Assembly (NCBI GenBank): GCA_000431795.1
Contig: FR887373.1
Location: 53,818 to 117,817 of the forward strand
DNA: 64,000 bases
Source of the DNA: Clostridium sp. CAG:302
GTDB lineage: Bacteria > Bacillota_I > Bacilli_A > RF39 > UBA660
Direction: 5' to 3'
This document shows positions 61,956 through 64,000 of the stretch, piece after piece; positions within the stretch are counted from its first letter, which is position 1, and every line of letters begins with the position of its first letter. Under the pieces are notes generated by a model. It made no database searches and was not told the DNA's origin. It was given only the letters and a program-made list of their open reading frames with translations. Both the position numbers and the translations under genes were made by a program.

Positions 61956-62042
61956 ATGAATGGTGTAGATTATAACGAAGTCATTATATCAGGAAATATA
62001 AATGTTATTAAGGATATAAATGAATTAATTGTCACAGTGTGA
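61956..62042 (+). CDS. 28-codon ORF downstream of module A
   Basis: ATG 7 nt after AAGGA. Encodes MNGVDYNEVIISGNINVIKDINELIVTV. Its stop codon overlaps the first iteron of module B. Too short for the ORF track. Confidence 0.3.
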   Translation: MNGVDYNEVIISGNINVIKDINELIVTV

Positions 62043-62196
62043 TGATTTTATCATGACATGACAAAAATGTCCATCAGGGTGTGATGAAAATGTCCATCTA
62101 GGGGTGATGATTTTGTCACACATAATATAATAATATAATATAAAGAATTAATATAATAAGAATATAAATATATTTAAATTAGTATAAATATTTATA
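62037..62196 (+). repeat. Iteron + promoter-like module B
   Basis: Iterons are GTGTGATGATTTTATC, CATGACATGACAAAAATGTC, CATCAGGGTGTGATGAAAATGTC and CATCTAGGGGTGATGATTTTGTC. They are followed by the 76-bp AT-rich segment duplicated from module A. Confidence 0.7.
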
Positions 62197-62204
62197 TTAA
62201 AATA

Positions 62205-62361
62205 TATAATATGTGCTATACTATTAATAGATTGATTTAATCAATTACTTGTTTCTACTTTTTCGCAAATGACCCATGTCATTGCTCCAAATTGATAGGA
62301 AACTCGGAAATTAACTTCTGAGAGTAATAAATGCTAACTAGAAATAGTTAGCACTTTTTTT
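62205..62361 (+). ncRNA. Candidate small RNA (orphan promoter-terminator unit)
   Basis: It starts after module B and ends at a strong + strand terminator. It contains no ORF longer than 12 codons and no RBS. Internal hairpins are ATTGAT-TTA-ATCAAT and GCAAATGAC-CCA-TGTCATTGC. Confidence 0.3.
62332..62361 (+). terminator. Intrinsic terminator with no upstream + strand CDS
   Basis: TGCTAACTA-GAAA-TAGTTAGCA followed by C and T7. Confidence 0.75.
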
Positions 62362-62362
62362 A

Positions 62363-62398
62363 TATAAAATAACCCCCCTATGTATTTGCATAGGGGGG
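62363..62398 (-). terminator. Intrinsic terminator of the Fic gene
   Basis: CCCCCCTATG-loop-CATAGGGGGG, followed on the - strand by TTATTTTATAT. Confidence 0.75.
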
Positions 62399-62403
62399 TG
62401 ATA

Positions 62404-63285
62404 TTAACTATTAATTTTTAATTCTTTTATTTTTTTCTTTTCGTTATCTTGTTTTTTGATTCTATTATTAATATCTAGTTCTATTATTGAATCACATACT
62501 TTATATCTATAGAATCCTTTAATGTAATCATAATTTCCTTCATTATTTGCTTTATTCATTGCTAAATGATACTCTGTTCTTTCATTTGCTTTGATGTATA
62601 TTGGTGGTAATCCAACGTCTTCAAATAATTTGTTAATAAATCCTCTTATTGTTCGACCATTACCATCATCAAAAGGATGTACTTTGATTAACTTACAACC
62701 AATAACTACACAATTATCTAGATATTCAAGTAATTTATCAGTTGAGAAGTTAGTATTTAATTCTTTTGCATCTTCTAGTAATTTTTGTATTTCTATATCT
62801 ATTTTTTTTAATTCAGGTCTTATCATAGACCATTCTGATAGTTCTGTACCAGTTCCAGGAAGATATACATCGAATCTTCTAAAATCTCCGGCATACTCTG
62901 GGTATTCTGTAAATGAAAATAATTTTGCATTTAAATCTTTAAGAGTATATACATCAAATAAATAATTAACATCATCGGAATGTATATATTCATACATAGC
63001 TTTAAGTCCTTTTATTTCTATACTATTGTGTGTTCCCTCAAGTTCACTTTCGTTATTAATGTATTTTGTAATAAATGCTTTTTTCATTTTGTCAAATTCA
63101 ATCTTACCTGGTGCTAAACTATAATACATTTTAATTAACTTTGTTGGTGTTTCTGCTTTTTCTTCATAAAGTTTATTAACTTTTTTTCTGTATTTATATC
63201 CTAAAAATGATTCTTGTATTATAAAGTTTATATCGATTCCTGCACTATTTAAATCTTTAATTAATTTTGCTTTTTCTTCACTCAT
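62404..63285 (-). CDS. Fic/DOC-family protein (putative AMPylase)
   Basis: Canonical Fic motif HPFDDGNGRTIRGF (HxFx[D/E]GNGRxxR) at residues ~203-216. Confidence 0.88.
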   Translation of the reverse strand: MSEEKAKLIKDLNSAGIDINFIIQESFLGYKYRKKVNKLYEEKAETPTKLIKMYYSLAPGKIEFDKMKKAFITKYINNESELEGTHNSIEIKGLKAMYEYIHSDDVNYLFDVYTLKDLNAKLFSFTEYPEYAGDFRRFDVYLPGTGTELSEWSMIRPELKKIDIEIQKLLEDAKELNTNFSTDKLLEYLDNCVVIGCKLIKVHPFDDGNGRTIRGFINKLFEDVGLPPIYIKANERTEYHLAMNKANNEGNYDYIKGFYRYKVCDSIIELDINNRIKKQDNEKKKIKELKINS

Positions 63286-63390
63286 TTTTGTCGCCTCTCA
63301 AAATCGCTAGTATTATAGCATATAATTAAATTAAATGCAAATATATGTATTTAATTCGTTTTTATGTGAATGATAATATTAGGTGATAGT

Positions 63391-64000
63391 ATGTTAGTTA
63401 GGCTTGGGTATGTGGCTATCAGTACTGCGATTGATGTTACTAGTTCTAGCCCTTATACTTATAGTGAGTATTTAAATAAATGTAATATTGACAAGCTTGA
63501 TGATATTATTAAATCTAATTTATTAGGTTTAGAAGAAATATTAAAATATAATGTTAAAAATAATATTCATTTTTATAGGATGTCTTCTAAAATAATTCCA
63601 CTTGCTACTAAAGATGATGTAAAATTTAATTATACTACTAAGTACAAAAAATATTATAATAGAATTAGTAAAATTATTAATGATAATAATTTGAGAGTGG
63701 ATTTTCATCCTGATCAATTCTGTGTACTTAATAGTACTAATAAAGATGTTGTTAAAAACTCTATTGATATTTTAGATTATCATTATAAATTATTGAACAT
63801 GATGAAAATTAAAGATAAGGTTCTAATACTTCATGTTGGTAGTAACGTTTTAGAAAAAAATAATTCTATTAAGAGATTTGTTAATAATTTTAATAAATTG
63901 CCTGATTATTTAAAGAAATGCATTGTTATTGAAAATGATGATAAGGTATTTAATGTTAGTGATACTTTAAAAATTTCTGATATGATTAATGTTCCTATTG
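63391..64000 (+). CDS. uvsE: UV damage endonuclease UvsE/UvdE, N-terminal ~203 aa (3' end outside window)
   Basis: ATG after AGGTGA. MLVRLGYVAIS..IHFYRMSSKIIPLATKDDV aligns by eye with B. subtilis YwjD FRFGFVSNA..IPLYRFSSSIVPLATHPDV. The frame is open to the window end. Confidence 0.8.
   Translation, partial: MLVRLGYVAISTAIDVTSSSPYTYSEYLNKCNIDKLDDIIKSNLLGLEEILKYNVKNNIHFYRMSSKIIPLATKDDVKFNYTTKYKKYYNRISKIINDNNLRVDFHPDQFCVLNSTNKDVVKNSIDILDYHYKLLNMMKIKDKVLILHVGSNVLEKNNSIKRFVNNFNKLPDYLKKCIVIENDDKVFNVSDTLKISDMINVPI

Overview
Origin-proximal 64 kb of a very AT-rich (by eye under ~30% G+C), standard-genetic-code, endospore-forming Bacillota chromosome. TGA is a stop and Trp is TGG. The window opens inside dnaA. 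Gene order is dnaA-dnaN-(comK-like)-recF-gyrB-gyrA, then a 1.25-kb gene-free tract, then tadA-dnaX-ybaB-recR-bofA-holB-ricT-rsmI-pth-mfd-spoVT. After that come a T-box-controlled dut-metG operon, tatD, spoIID-spoIIQ-like-spoIIID-mreB/mbl, rpiB, dusB, lysS, clpC, ychF, pepF, prfB (classical +1 frameshift), two yitT paralogues, ftsEX, dinB, a 998-aa orphan ORF, tex and tRNA-Gly(UCC). Nearly all genes are on the + strand, co-directional with replication. After tRNA-Gly lies a ~5.6-kb accessory segment. It holds a large serine recombinase, a membrane-anchored XRE regulator, an anchored extracytoplasmic protein, two duplicated iteron+promoter modules, a 28-codon ORF, an orphan promoter-terminator unit and a Fic/DOC protein. 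The window then ends inside uvsE. Four non-coding signals are supported directly by the sequence. (1) Seven canonical parS palindromes sit at ~155-bp spacing, most paired with DnaA-box-like 9-mers, in the gyrA-tadA gap. (2) There are three Noc-binding-site (NBS) palindromes, two of them embedded in recF and dnaX codons. (3) A minimal 4.5S-type SRP RNA lies just upstream of the parS array. (4) A family of at least 6 intergenic ~90-nt elements has a conserved box plus twin hairpins with a conserved A.G mismatch. I found no CRISPR array, rRNA operon or prophage structural genes. The best candidates for something undescribed are the parS/DnaA-box array, the twin-hairpin repeat family, the iteron/peptide/sRNA module in the island and the 998-aa orphan protein. 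None can be confirmed without database searches or experiments.
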